A stretch of 64,000 nucleotides of DNA from Octopus vulgaris (taxonomy: Eukaryota), in the NCBI GenBank assembly GCA_951406725.2, contig OX597832.1:44206001-44270000 (forward strand), read 5' to 3'. This document shows, in pieces, positions 36,543 to 49,332 of this stretch. The position numbers and the translations under genes are program-made. The notes under the pieces are model-generated. The model saw only the letters and a list, made by a program, of their open reading frames with translations. It ran no database searches and was not told where the DNA came from. Every line of letters begins with the position of its first letter. Position 1 is the first letter of the stretch.

Positions 36543-37330
36543 TATTTCTTTACTGCCCACAAGGGGCTAAACACAGAGGAGACGAACAATGACAGACAAA
36601 CGGATTGAGTCGATTATATCGACCCCAGTGCGTAACTGGTACCTATTTAATCGACCCCGAAAGGAAGAAAGGCAAAGTCGACCTCGGTGGAATTTGAACT
36701 CAGAACGTAGCGACAGACAAAATACCTATTTCTTTACTACCCATAAGGGGCTAAACACAGAGAGGACAAACAAGGACAGACAAAGGGATTAAGTCGATTA
36801 TATCGACCCCAGTGCGTAACTGTTACTTAATTTATCGACCCCGGAAAGGATGAAAGGCAAAGTCGACCTGGACGGAATTTGAACTCAGAACGTAATGGCA
36901 GGCGAAATACCTATTTCTTTACTACCCACAAGGGGTTAAACACAGAGAGGACAAACAAGGACAGATAAGCGGATTAAGTCAATTGTATTGACCCCAGTGC
37001 GTAACTGGTACTTATTTAATCGACCACCCCGAAAGGATGAAAGGCAAAGTCGACCTCGGCGGAATTTGAACTCAGAATGTAGCAGCAGGCGAAATACCTA
37101 TTTCTTTACTACCCACAAGGGGCTAAACACAGAGGGGACAAAGAAGGACAGACAAACGGATTAAGTTGATTATATCGACCCCAGTGCGTAACTGGTACTT
37201 AATTTATCAACCCCCGAAAGGATGAAAGGTAAAGTCGACCTCGGCGGAATTTGAACTCAGAACGTAACGGCAGACGAAATATGGCTACGCATTTCGCCCG
37301 GCGTGCTAACGTCTCTGCCAGCTCGCCACC
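36543..37330 (-). mobile_element. SINE family C tandem tetramer (about 185-bp period)
   Basis: Units start at 36543, 36727, 36912 and 37099; a single 5' head at about 37280-37330. Confidence 0.85.
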
Positions 37331-37394
37331 ATAATTTGATACCATTGCCATTTCGGCCATTCCAATAGCTTAAGAACAATAACGAAGAACTTAC

Positions 37395-37679
37395 GTGATT
37401 ATAGCAGTCAAATTTCCCCATTTGTATGTTGTGTCGTCCATTGTTCTCGTCGTTGAATAATACATCTGATGGTGACTTGTTTGCATTCGACAGCTCCTTA
37501 AACTGCTCGCTGCCAAGAGAATTCCCAATTATATTGTGTGTTAAAAACTGTGACGGAGGTAGTTGGCTGGTTGCTTCTGCCTGGCCCGAATCCAGGGAGG
37601 CACAGTTGACATTATCCGAAGAGGTCCCAGGCATTTCAGACTGGATACTTCTAGTCGCATAGCGTTTATCTCTTAGCAT
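37395..37679 (-). CDS. Coding exon (first recognisable) of large uncharacterised protein; exon spans 37395-37691, ATG at 37679
   Basis: Acceptor ttttgtttcttttccag at 37692, donor CAC|GTAAGT at 37394; 95 open codons MLRDKRYATRS...FDCYNH, phase 0 matching the next exon. The frame is also open upstream of the ATG, so an earlier start is possible. Confidence 0.8.
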
Positions 37680-37766
37680 TGTGAGACAGCTCTGGAAAAG
37701 AAACAAAAAAAAAATATATTATATGATACAATCATACATATGTGTGTGTGTGTGTATATATATATA

Positions 37767-38160
37767 GGCGCAGGAGTGGCTGTGTGGTAAGTAGCTTGCT
37801 AACCAACTACGTGGTTCCGGGTTCAGTCCCACTGCGTGGCATCTTGGGCAAGTGTCTTCTGCTGTAGCCCCGGGCCGACCAATACCTTGTGAGTGGATTT
37901 GGTAGACGGAAACTGTCGTATATATGTATATATATGTATGTGTGTGTGTGTTTGTGTGTCTGTGTTTGTCCCCCTAGCATTGCTTGACAACCGATGCTGG
38001 TGTGTTTACGTCTCCGTCACTTAGCGGTTCGGCAAAAGAGACCGATAGAATAAGTACTGGGCTTACAAAGAATAAGTCCCGGGGTCGATTTGCTTGACTA
38101 AAGGCAGTGCTCCAGCATGGCCACAGTCAAATGACTGAAACAAGTAAAAGAGTAAAAGAG
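37767..38160 (+). mobile_element. SINE family B
   Basis: Full-length copy about 75 nt from the exon acceptor. Confidence 0.85.
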
Positions 38161-38866
38161 AATATATATATATATATATAAAATTCAAATTTACAGAAAA
38201 AAATAGACAAAGACAGGTGAGGGAACAACAGGTAGGTGTATTAGTTTGACACTCAGGAAGAAAAGAAGAGTCTTCGATGTTTCAAGCCTACGCTTTTTGA
38301 GAGAAAACGGTTGAGAGGAAAAAAATGAATATATATATATAAATATATCTGGAAATCTGACAGGTGACAGCAAAGGGCAGATAGGGTGTTTCTACACCTT
38401 CTTTGCATAAAAGAAAATTTTTTTTTCTCCATGGTAACTGCAGTGAATTTGCCATTAGAAGTTGAAATATGTCACAAACATATTTTAACAACCTAAATTT
38501 CTCCTGTGCATGTATGATCAGGTTTCATATTCCCTTTTTTATCTTTGCATTATTCAGGTGTAATTCCAATGACTTTATGGACAATTGTCCTTTGAACACA
38601 AACAGCCCAACGGCTAAATATATTTTCATGGAATGCTACAAAGAGCACTCCTTGTATGACGATATTTATTAACTTGCACACGATATCAAGACAGAGGGGC
38701 CACACACACACATAACCTAAAGCTATAGAGTAAACTACATCCTTCTCTCTTGTCGATTATATCATTTAGTTTCAAAACAAAGTTTACTGCAAATGGACAA
38801 AACCATGAATTTGGAAGGGAGAGAGCTAAAGACCAATCGAACCAATAATACATAAATACATAGTAT

Positions 38867-39026
38867 GCAGGAGTGGCTGTGTGGTAAGTAGCTTGCTTAC
38901 CAACCACATGGTTCCGGGTTCGGTCCCACTGCGTGGCATCTTGGGCAAGTGTCTTCTGCTATAGCCTCGGGCCAACCAAAGCCTTGTGAGTGGATTTGGT
39001 AGACAGAAACTGAAAGAAGCCTATCG

Positions 39027-39064
<38 letters not shown>

Positions 39065-39107
39065 TGTATATATATATATATATATACACACACACATATA
39101 TATACAC

Positions 39108-39138
<31 letters not shown>

Positions 39139-39145
39139 TATATAT

Positions 39146-39198
<53 letters not shown>

Positions 39199-39290
39199 TA
39201 TATATACACATATATATATATATATACACACACACATACATATACACACATATATATATATATACACACACACATATATATACACATATA

Positions 39291-39349
<59 letters not shown>

Positions 39350-39539
39350 TTGTCACCCCAATATCACTTGACAACCAATACTGGTGTGTTTATGTCCCCG
39401 TAGCTTAGCGGTTCGGCATGAGAGACCGATAGAATAAGCACTAGGCTTACAAAGTATGTCCTGGGGTCGATTTGCTCGACTAAAAGGTGATGCTCCAGCA
39501 TGGCCACAGTCAAAATGACTGAAACAAGTAAAAGAGAGT
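38867..39539 (+). mobile_element. SINE family B with expanded compound microsatellite
   Basis: About 320-nt TA/CA array between head and tail. Confidence 0.85.
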
Positions 39540-40174
39540 ATTTTAAATGAATAGACATGAAACAAAATACTCTCAGGTATTTAGCACGATGCCCTGCTAT
39601 TTCTAAACTTTAATTCCAAGCAATAATGAAATCAGGCTGTCATCTCCCATTTCATCAGTAGCAGCTCATGTCCCATTCTCTTTTCATACTCTTCTCTCTC
39701 TCTCTCTCTCTCTCCTCTTAACCTCGTCACTCATTCATTCACACGCTTTCTCTCTTGGAAAACAGAAAAACTTTTCTGCTTCACAGAACTGTGGAGCTGG
39801 CTGCAAAAATTTTGAACTTTTACCAAGTTCAAAGTGTGCGAGTATAACATGTTTAGGTCCTGTGCATGGGGTAAAATAATAATAATCGTAACAGAAAACT
39901 CCCATTTAAAACCACAATTATGTCGTTTCATATCCAAAGAGAGAAGCTACATTTCAAGAGAGACAACAACAAATACAAAAGATTGGAGGAAGAAAGAGAA
40001 AGGAAGAAGCTGGGGTTTACAGCCAGTTTAGAATCAGAAAAGCCATATGTATACAGACAACATAAAATATTTAGTAACGAAAACACGGGCTATCTTTATA
40101 AATGGCAATACACTTTTTACCCCCAAAGGCCATAACTTATGTAGGACAAACTTCTGTTGACTAAAATATGCATT

Positions 40175-40722
40175 GTCATCATGTGCGTGGGAAGACCCAG
40201 CAGGACAAGTGAGATCATAACCCGTGGCCTCTACCTGGGATGTAACCAGTCCACTTATGCATACCTTTCCTTCTTGGGACACAAAACTCTGCTTACGAAG
40301 ACCTGCTGAGGCAAGTGAAACCGAAATCGATCAAAAATCAATGGAAATTGTAGTTGTGATACCAGTGCCGGTGGCACATAAAAGAACCATCCGAATGTGG
40401 CCGTTGCCAGTGCCGCCTTGACTGGCCTCCATGCCGGTGGCACGTAAAAAGCACCAACCAATTGTGGCCGTTCGCCAGCCTCCTCTGGCACCTGCGCCGG
40501 TGGCACGTAAAAAGCACCAACCAATCATGGCTATTGCCAGCCTCGCCTGGCACATAAAAAGCACCCACTACACTCACAGAGTGGTTGGCGTTAGGAAGGG
40601 CATCCAGCTGTAGAAACACTGCTAGATCAGACTGGGCCTGGTGCAGCCTCCTGGCTTCCCAAACCCCAGTCGAACCTTCCAACCCATGCTAGCATGGAAA
40701 GCGGACGTTAAACGATGATGAT
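40175..40722 (+). mobile_element. Family A, longest copy (extends 5' of the internal repeats)
   Basis: Variable 5' truncation with a constant 3' tail across copies indicates non-LTR retroposition. Confidence 0.75.
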
Positions 40723-41905
40723 CATCATAATCTAATTGCTATAAACTAAGAGATAGAAACTGGGTAGGTAGAAGACTAAATCAGGCTACTGTGTCTGTTT
40801 TGGCATGGGTTTTACAGCTGGATGCCCTTCCTAACACCGACCACTCTGCGGAGTGGACTGAGTGCTTTTAATGTGGCACCAGCAAAGGAGAGGTCAGTTT
40901 TGGCATGCTTTTTACAGCTGGATGCCTTTCTAAATGCCAACCACTTCACAGTTTTTTGCAAGTTAAGAGACCTCACTAGTGCATTCAGTATATGCTTTTA
41001 GGAAGGGCATCAAGCTATAGAAATCATGCCAGAACTGACTTTAGAGTTTGATGCAGTCCTGTCAAAATGTCCATCCCATGCCAACATAGAAAACAGAATC
41101 TAACCATTTAGCATTTAAGCTTACCTATCTAGCCAAAATAATCTACCTGCTTTATCTTCAAACCAGCCGGATCTGACCTCTCACACTTACCCGACAATAC
41201 TACTCTAAAACTAAACAACCATGTCTTTGAAATCTCAAACATACAAGGTAATATATCATCATCATCATCGTTTAACGTCCGCTTTCCATGCTAGCATGGG
41301 TTGGACAATTTTGACTGAGGGCTGGCAAACCAGATGGCTGCACCAGTCCCCAGTCTTGATCTGGCAGAGTTTCTACAAGACTAATTCAAATCAAGACAAA
41401 TAAATAAGCATGACATTTGGCAGAGAACTCTGAATGCTAACAATGATGATGATAAACTATGTCACCAACAAAGAAAAAAAAACCAGTTAATATGAATTAG
41501 TCATTTCAAAATATTTAATATTTCGAGTACAATTATTTTGAAATTCTTTCCAAACTACATTCTGGAATTTTTTTTTATTTTTCATTTTTTTTTTTTTAGG
41601 TCAGGAAAGCATAAAATGAGAACTGATGCAGTTTGAAGGGCACTGTAAAATAATACTACAAATGTATGAAATAAGCTAAAATTATTTCTCTCAAGAACAC
41701 ATATTACATGATGCTTTAGTGTGGTTTCTGCTACAAATAGAGGCATCTGACATTACACACCAAGAATGATGATCAGTTGATATCATAATATAAAGACTGC
41801 TAGAGAAAAGCTTTTTATGTCATTTCAGTTGTTAATTGTTTTGGACTTAGGCACAAAGACAGCAATTTTGAAAAGGAGGGAATTAGTTGAGACTATTGGG
41901 CCCCA

Positions 41906-42393
41906 TGGAAGAGTAGAGACATCAGACTCGCTACCAAATGCAGATTGGTGACTGCAATTGTCTTCCCAATAGCAACATATGGATGCAAGACCTGGACACT
42001 AAAGAAAGCTGACCAGAAGAGAATTAATGCATTCGAGCTTTGGTGTTGGAGAAGACTTTTGCAGATTCCATGGACAGCGAGGCTCACCAATGGAGAACTT
42101 CTTAAGCAGATAGGGCCAAAAATGTCGCTAGAAGCTGGGATCACCAAGCATAGATTGGCATATTTCGGTCATATTATGCAGAGAAAATCCCTGGAGAAGG
42201 ACATGATGCTTGGAATGGTCAGTGGCAAGAGAGGAAGAGGCCAACCAAGAACCCGCTGGCTTGACACCATCAAGAGTGATACCGGAATGGACATAGCCAA
42301 TCTGAAAGAAGTGACCCAGGATAGAACTAACTGGAGGACACTGATCCAACGAGTGACTGAGAGTCAACTTCGACTGAGCGGATAGAGAGAGAG
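41906..42393 (+). mobile_element. RTE-clade (BovB-like) LINE ORF C-terminus
   Basis: YGCKTWTLKKADQKRINAFELWCWRRLLQIPWTAR...YFGHIMQR..LEKDMMLG.V.GKR.RG.PRTRWLD; (GA)n tail; flanked by ATTGGG(T)CCCA. Confidence 0.85.
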
Positions 42394-43060
42394 ATTGGGT
42401 CCCAAAGGTATAAAAGGTAAAGATGATATCAGCAGAATTTGAACTGTGAAGTGGGACCACATGGTTGGGAAGCAAGCTTTTTTTTTACCACACATCCACT
42501 GGAATCAAATACTGAAAGACACTTTAAACATTCTACCAACTCACTGCCTTGAAATACTGTTTCTAATTTAGGCACAGGACCACTTTGGCAGGAAAGGTTT
42601 CATTAATTGTATCGATTTCAGTGCTCGATTGGTATATTATTTTAAGGGCCTGGAAAGGATGAAAGGCAAAGGTGATCTCGTTAGGATCTGAATTCAGAAT
42701 GTAGAAAGCCAGAAAAAATACCACATCCAGCCACCTGATAATAATAATGATGATGATTTCAAATTTTTGCCACAAGAGGAGCTTGGGGGAAGGGGATTAA
42801 GGCGATTACATCAGCCCCAGTATTTCACTGGTAGTTAATTTATTGACCCCAAAATGATGAAAAGCAAAGTTGACCTCAGCAGAATTTGAACTCAGAACGT
42901 AGCCACAGGCAAAATACCATTAAGAATTTTGTCCAGTATGCTAACAACTGCCAGCTCACCACATAATAACAATAATGTTGCTCATTACAAATTTCTAGCC
43001 TAAATTGTAATTTCTATTTTCCCCATGAGGCGGGAGAATGAAATTTTCTTTCATAAAAGA

Positions 43061-43560
43061 CTAGCAGTATCGCCCGGCGTTGCTCGGGTTTGTAAGGGAA
43101 ATAACTATATAAGCATTTTTAGAGAGTTACTTCCCTTATAGATGCCAATTCAGGCTTTCTTAGCCATTTCTGTTTTGGTGTCTTCAAGCCATGAAGTCGT
43201 TGCTCTAAAAGAACGCTGGTCTCCTTGACAACGCTTTACGACGTTGATTTCCTTACACTCCCTTCCCCACAGCTTCACGAGGGAGGGAAGGGGGAGAAGC
43301 AAACAGGTGCAGCTGTGAGCGTGGACGCCAACTCCGCCGCCATCGACACACGAAAAATTATGCATTAAAATGGAATAAAAAATGATGTTAAATTATTTTT
43401 AAAACGTAGACGCGCGCTAATAGCCAGACGGGCTCGATATTAATCACAACTATAAGATACCCGAATTTGGTTAAACTGCACCGCAAAATGTGGGAGGAGT
43501 TAGGAATCTAAATCGAAGGGGACAGACACTCACACAACTACAGTTTTATATATATATAGA
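43061..43560 (-). mobile_element. Non-autonomous Helitron (family F)
   Basis: 5' TC, subterminal hairpin CCCGAGC-AAC-GCCGGG, 3' CTAG, inserted between A and T; second copy at 56565. Confidence 0.8.
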
Positions 43561-44780
43561 TAACTTTAAGGCATGCTGCTGCTCATCATCATCAGCAGCA
43601 GCAGTTGTATGAACCTTAGTATTACTACAACACTGACTTCTAGTAATGTGTAATGGAGCAAAAGTAAGGTCAAATCCATTTTGCTACAAGTTGCCCATGG
43701 TTTAAAGGTGAATGGTAGACTCCACCCCGTGCAGCATTAAAGACGATTCAATTCCAAATACATCAAAATTTTAATATCAATTTCCATATCAAAATAATAT
43801 CATTTGAAAACACTTTCAATAATAACAAGTTGAGCAAGGCCAGGTGAAACTTGAAGTGCCAGTCAACCTGCTCTTTAATATATTAATTTCTCAAATTTGC
43901 ACAAGGCTATAAATATTTAAATAGAAGCGATGCTCCCAGAAGCATTAAAAGCTATATTTCCTCCGTAAAAATGCATAACTTAGTAGAGTTTTTTTTCTTT
44001 TTTTTTTATTGATTATTGAAAATATCATAATGTTATTTGCTGATGTTATCCCTAATCACCTGATATCCCTAAACAAAAAGAAAAAAAATTGATAATCCCA
44101 ATCCCTTGTTGACATTAACTGTACCCTACTTTTATCTGTATTGTTAATGCTATTAGAATAAAATGCAACCCAGACCCTCTCTCTCTCCACACACACACAC
44201 ACACCACACCACACATATATTAAAGCACTTAGCAACATGCACTTTAACTCCCGACACAATAATGAAACTGTTTATGAAATGATAGCTTTGCTATTCTCCA
44301 CTTTCAGCACAAACCATTCATTTAAGCAGGACGACACTAAAGTGGTATGGACAAGTAGAGAGAGCATGAATGATGTAAACTCCGGGAGAGAGTGTAATGT
44401 GTGAGAGAATGGTAGACAGTGACTTGAATTGTAAAGGTCAATCAAAGAGAATTAGTTCATAAAAAAGAAAAGAAAAAAACAAAAAAAAAATGATGACAAT
44501 GAAAAACTTGAGGCATTGACTCGTTAAGCAGGTTGACACATTTAGCTTGCCATGTTTACCATATCTTAGCAAAGAAAAAAAAATCCAAATTTATTTTTAC
44601 AATTTTTTTTTTTTTTGAAGAACTATATTTAAAGAAGGGTAGTGCAAATGTTATTACCAGGAATGTGGCAAGAACAGATTCCAAATTTCAGCCTTTTATT
44701 GGCAAGGGGTCAGATATACTAACTGGTTCTGGCTTATCAAGACAAGGCCAGCAATCTTGAGGGTGAGAGGTGAATTAGCC

Positions 44781-45013
44781 AATACCTATTTCTTTATTAC
44801 CCACAAGGGGCTAAACATAGAGGGGACAAACAAGGACAGACATAGGTATTAAGTCGATTACATCGACCCCAGTGCATAACTGGTACTTAATTTATCGACC
44901 CCGAAAGGATGAAAGGCAAAGTCGACCTCGGCGGAATTTGAACTCACAACGTAACGGCAGACGAAATACCGCAAAGCATTTCGCCCGGCGTGCTAACGCT
45001 TCTGCCAGCACGC
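44781..45013 (-). mobile_element. SINE family C monomer
   Basis: Head and body. Confidence 0.8.
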
Positions 45014-45474
45014 CAATACCATTGAACCCAGTACATGAGTGTTATTTTATTATTGCCCCAACCCAACCCCCAAGGAGGGTAAAAGACAAAGTTGGCTTTG
45101 GTGGGATTTGAACTCAGTACTATTTCATTTAGCTCTTTATGTTCTAATGATTCTGCTAATCCACCACCATCATATTATTATGACAGGTCACTCAGGGATT
45201 TTTAAGGCCTCTGGAATAAAAAAAAATATATAACTCAGAAAAAGGCTGGCAACAAAGAAGAGCATCTGAACATAAGATTCAGTCTCAAGTAACTCACCAG
45301 GCAACTCTTGCCATCATGGAAAAACAGACGAATAAATCTTTGACTTTTTAACCACTAAATATAAGAGGTATCTGTAAGTTGTACTTAGCAAGGCTGAGGA
45401 GATGGAGTCAGAAACAATTGAGTTGGAGTCTGTATAGTTTTACTGACTCCGACTCACAATATCTTTATTCTTTG

Positions 45475-45696
45475 GCCCCCGTGCTGGTGGCACGTAAAAA
45501 GCACCATCCGACCATGGCCGTTTGCCAGCCCCGTCTGGCAGCTGTGCCAGTGGCACGTAAAAAGCACTCACTACACTCACAGAGTGGTTGGCGTTAGGAA
45601 GGGCATCCAGCCATAGAAACATTGCCAGATCAGACCCCAGTCGAACCGTCCAACCCATACTAGCATGGAAAGCGGACGTTAAACAATGATGATGAT
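45475..45696 (+). mobile_element. Family A
   Basis: Core and tail. Confidence 0.7.
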
Positions 45697-45858
45697 AGTG
45701 AGATTTGGTAAAGGAAATCTTAACTCAAGTTGTTAGCTGACAATTAAAGGGGCAAGACTCTAATAAACCAATGATGATAATAGTGTCTTCCACTATAACC
45801 TTGGGTCGACTAAAGCCTTGTGAGTGAATTTGGTAGATGGAAACTGTAAGAAGCCTGT

Positions 45859-45897
<39 letters not shown>

Positions 45898-45899
<2 letters not shown>

Positions 45900-46025
45900 G
45901 GTCTGGGAAGCCAGAAGGCTGCACCAGATCAGACTGGAGCCTGGTGCAGCCTTCTGGCTTCCCAGACCCCAGTCGAACCGTCCAACCCATGTTAGCATGG
46001 AAAACGGACGTTAAACGATGATGAT
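45898..46025 (+). mobile_element. Family A 3' end with 30-bp foldback
   Basis: 45898-45927 is the perfect reverse complement of 45941-45970. Confidence 0.7.
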
Positions 46026-47109
46026 TTAATATAAACCAGATATAACATATAGCCCTATTCAAAGTACAAGTGTATGCTTGTACTTTTTTATGAGATAAGT
46101 AGACCACAATCACTTAATTACATAAAGAGGAATCGCAGTCAGAATCAAAGTTTTTTGTTTCAACTCCACAGCTCTGGTACTTAGCATATCAAGCTGCACA
46201 AAACAATAGCTCAAAGGAGTGGGGTCAAAAATGGGAACTAAGGAGCATTTTAGTCAAATTTTAGACAGAACTTCCCATCAATAGACTTTTTGTTTGCACC
46301 ACATTTTATCAAGAAAATTTCTTTATTTCATTGATTTCTGGCATCTTTTCCCTTTCAAACGGCAGATCGAGAAATTAATTTTTTGTAACTAAACACTTTC
46401 AAACTTCGGACACTGGTTTTACTTTTAGTGTTGTTGAGAAAAGTTTATATTTATGAACTTATTTCGTGTTAAAGTTGTCGTATTTCGGTAATTTCAACCA
46501 ATCAATGACATGTATTCAACTGAATAAAATTACTGCTGTTGTTTGTTAACAACTTCTGGCGTTGTATTTTTCATTTGTCACTGTTATTTATAACATATTT
46601 CATCTCAGTTACATTCGTATGAATAAACGAGTGTATCTGAAGCATGTTTACTTCATGGCATCACCATAATCGTTCGTGCATTTCTACTACTTTTAGGTTC
46701 TTTTTCCTGTTTTTCGGCTACTATTATCGGAAAGACTCCCCTGCTTTTTTCTCGCAAATTATTGATTAAAAAAAATTTTTGTTTGATAAAAACCCAGCTT
46801 TTCAGATACAGAGATTCCAGAAAATTGCCAAAAATCGGAATTTTGAAATTCCACCACCCACTTCCCCTCCAATTTCTTAATTTTTCACTTTTTCCCATAA
46901 CTCTAACCCTACAACCCCAACCACAATCCTAACCCTAACCCTAAACACACGAACAATGTCATAAATAAATGTCCTGCATGTACACTTCCTGACCGTAAAG
47001 GATACCCAAATCAATATAGTCTTAGATAGAGAGGCTGACAGTTCAAATCTTGCTACTGACACTATGGTATATGCACAGCCCAGAACTCCCAATGCTGAAA
47101 ACTACTTAC

Positions 47110-47208
47110 ATCTAGCAAGATATTTCAGGGCATTATAGTTCAGTTTAAACAGTGACAGTAACAATTTCATTTGTAGTTTTGAGTGAATTCCAACCACAGC
47201 TAATCTTC
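47110..47208 (-). other. Candidate 5' UTR exon (99 nt) carrying a uORF
   Basis: Acceptor ttgttttcttgtag|G and donor GAT|GTAAGT in non-repetitive sequence; no transcript evidence. Confidence 0.4.
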
Positions 47209-47820
47209 CTACAAGAAAACAATGTCCTATCCCAAGGAGCACTCTCATTCAGTGCAACTAGGAACAGAGATCAGCTCTGTAGAATATGGTGATTTGCAAC
47301 AGACCTAGGTTTCAGGGTTACCAGTAAAAGATTTCGTCTCATTTGCAAGGACTAATGCTTACAATCAGAAAGTTCAAAACTAGAATGAAATAAAAATGCA
47401 GTAGCTGTGAACCAGTTTAGATTCCTGCTTAACCATTTCATGTGCATTTTCCAAGGGCATTAGTAGCATATCATGATCTCATTTTATCTCATCTCCCCCC
47501 CCCTCCTTCTCTCTCTCTCTCTCTCTCTCTTACACCTTATAAATCAACTGCCTGTACTACGGTTAGAAATCAATATTTACTTTATCACAAAGCACTCTAC
47601 AGAGTGAAAGTAAATTCTTAGTGAGCTGAAAGCAGCTGATTGAAATTGTAGCAATTTAACTCCATGCTAATCAATTATTAAAGCTCATGGGAAAGGCACG
47701 GAGTTCAAATAATCTCATTTCTCCCTCTCTATACAGCTGTATTTTTAAAAATTCCTCTTTTAAAACATGTTTACTGTATATCAAAAGACAACATAATACT
47801 TTGGATTAAATAATCATTAA

Positions 47821-48037
47821 TTAACCCTTTCGATACCAACCCGGCCAAAACCGGCTCTGGCTCTGTAGTACAAATATCTTGTTTTCATAAGTTTCAGATT
47901 AAAATCTTCCACCATTTATGTTCCTAACACCAGCTTAAATGGTAACTAAGTTATTTTATCAAATTCTTTGTTATATTTAAAATTAATTGAAAGAAACACA
48001 GAGCATCTCAAAATAAATATGGTAACAAAAGGGTTAA
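47821..48037 (+). mobile_element. MITE D
   Basis: TIRs and TTAA. Confidence 0.85.
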
Positions 48038-48656
48038 ATAGTTAACCATTAATTTAAGTCAAGACTATTTTTCTTGTTGTTACCTATTAGTGCTTTCAAA
48101 CTAAGCAAGAAATAACATTGGATGGTAAAATAAAGACATCATGCCACAGATCTAATGGAATATGCTTACAAATGTTTTCATTGTCATCTTACAAATGTGC
48201 TAACTTCATGTACTTTCATATCCACAAGAGCTAAGTACCAAACCAGGAAACCAAATGATGACATCGAGTCCAGATACGATATGGTGTTACAAGTACATGT
48301 ATCATACTTGAACTGAGATGATCCTGGTGTTAAGATTGGTATAAGTGTACAGAATGTGCTGTTGTTTAGCCGCATGTCCGCACAGGTCAGACAAAATTTG
48401 TCAAGGCAGATGTCCTGTAGCTGGATACTCTTCCTGTCACCAACCCTGACCTGTTTTTAAACAAGGTAATGTCTCCCTTATTTCTTTGTGTGTGAACAGC
48501 ACAAATGACCAGACGTATTTCCAAAGGAGATTACAAACAAATGATGTCTCGATGTCTCATGTATGATGGTGACTTGTTTGCAAATAACATACAAAGTCAA
48601 GATGGGGGCATATAGGCACACACACACACACATGATGTGCTTCTTTCAGTTGCCAT

Positions 48657-49332
48657 CAACTGGCTTCCATGCCAGTGACACATAAAAGGGCACCATTCGA
48701 GTGTGACCGTTGCCAGCGTCGCCTTACTGGCACTTGTACCTGTGCTAGTAGAGTGCCAAGAGCACCATCCGAGTGTGATCGTTTCCAGAGCAGCCAAGTG
48801 GCTCCATGTCGGTGGCACGTAAAAGGGCACCATTCAAGCGTGATTGTTACCAACGTCACCTTAGTTAGTTAGTTAGTTAATTTTTTGGCTCAAAAAGCAA
48901 AAAGCAAAGCCATGTAGGGGGACATGGAGTTATGTACAGGGTGGTGTTCATGTAAAGAGTTCAGGCCACTTGAGGTCAAGGGAGACTTTGAACCGAGCGG
49001 TCGTCAGCATCTTCATCTCGTCTGGCAGCTTATTCCACGGATCCGCAACCTGGACGGAGAAAGCCCCTCTCCTTACTGGCACCTGTGCCGGTGGCATGTG
49101 TAAAAAGATTTGAGCGAGGTCATTGCAAGTACCATCTGACTGGCTCCGTGCCAGTGACACATAAAAAGCACCCACTACACTCTCGGAGTGGTTGGCGTTA
49201 GAAAGGGCATCCAGCTGTAGAAACTCTGCCAGATCAAGATTGGAGCCTGGTGCGGCCATCTGGTTCGCCAGCCCTCAGTCAAAATCGTCCAACCCATGCT
49301 AGCATGGAAAGCGGACGTTAAACGATGATGAT
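48657..49332 (+). mobile_element. Family A subfamily, interrupted by CR1
   Basis: Longer repeat array plus core; related copies at 51600-52060 and 59055-59473. Confidence 0.7.
48861..49069 (-). mobile_element. CR1-group LINE 3' end nested in a family A element
   Basis: Reverse complement of the 11860-12060 segment (GAFSVQVADPWNKLPDE); (TAAC)n tail. Confidence 0.75.

Noticed and set aside
21789-37706. Assigning a gene symbol (for example a histone methyltransferase)
   Set aside because: No diagnostic domain is visible in the window
38897-39408. ORFs of YI/CV/HT repeats (also at 4.5, 9.0, 13.1, 29.3 and 45.8 kb)
   Set aside because: Translations of stop-free microsatellites
40302-40332. CTGCTGA-GGCAAGT-GAAAC hammerhead-like string in family A
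   Set aside because: No convincing stem I, II or III pairing
40360-40570. Regularly spaced GGTGGCACGTAAAAAGCACC repeats resembling a CRISPR array
   Set aside because: Spacers are homologous to each other, the context is eukaryotic and there are no cas genes; these are internal repeats of a retroposon
46897-46945. Telomere or interstitial fusion site
   Set aside because: Only a few degenerate CCCTAA units in one orientation
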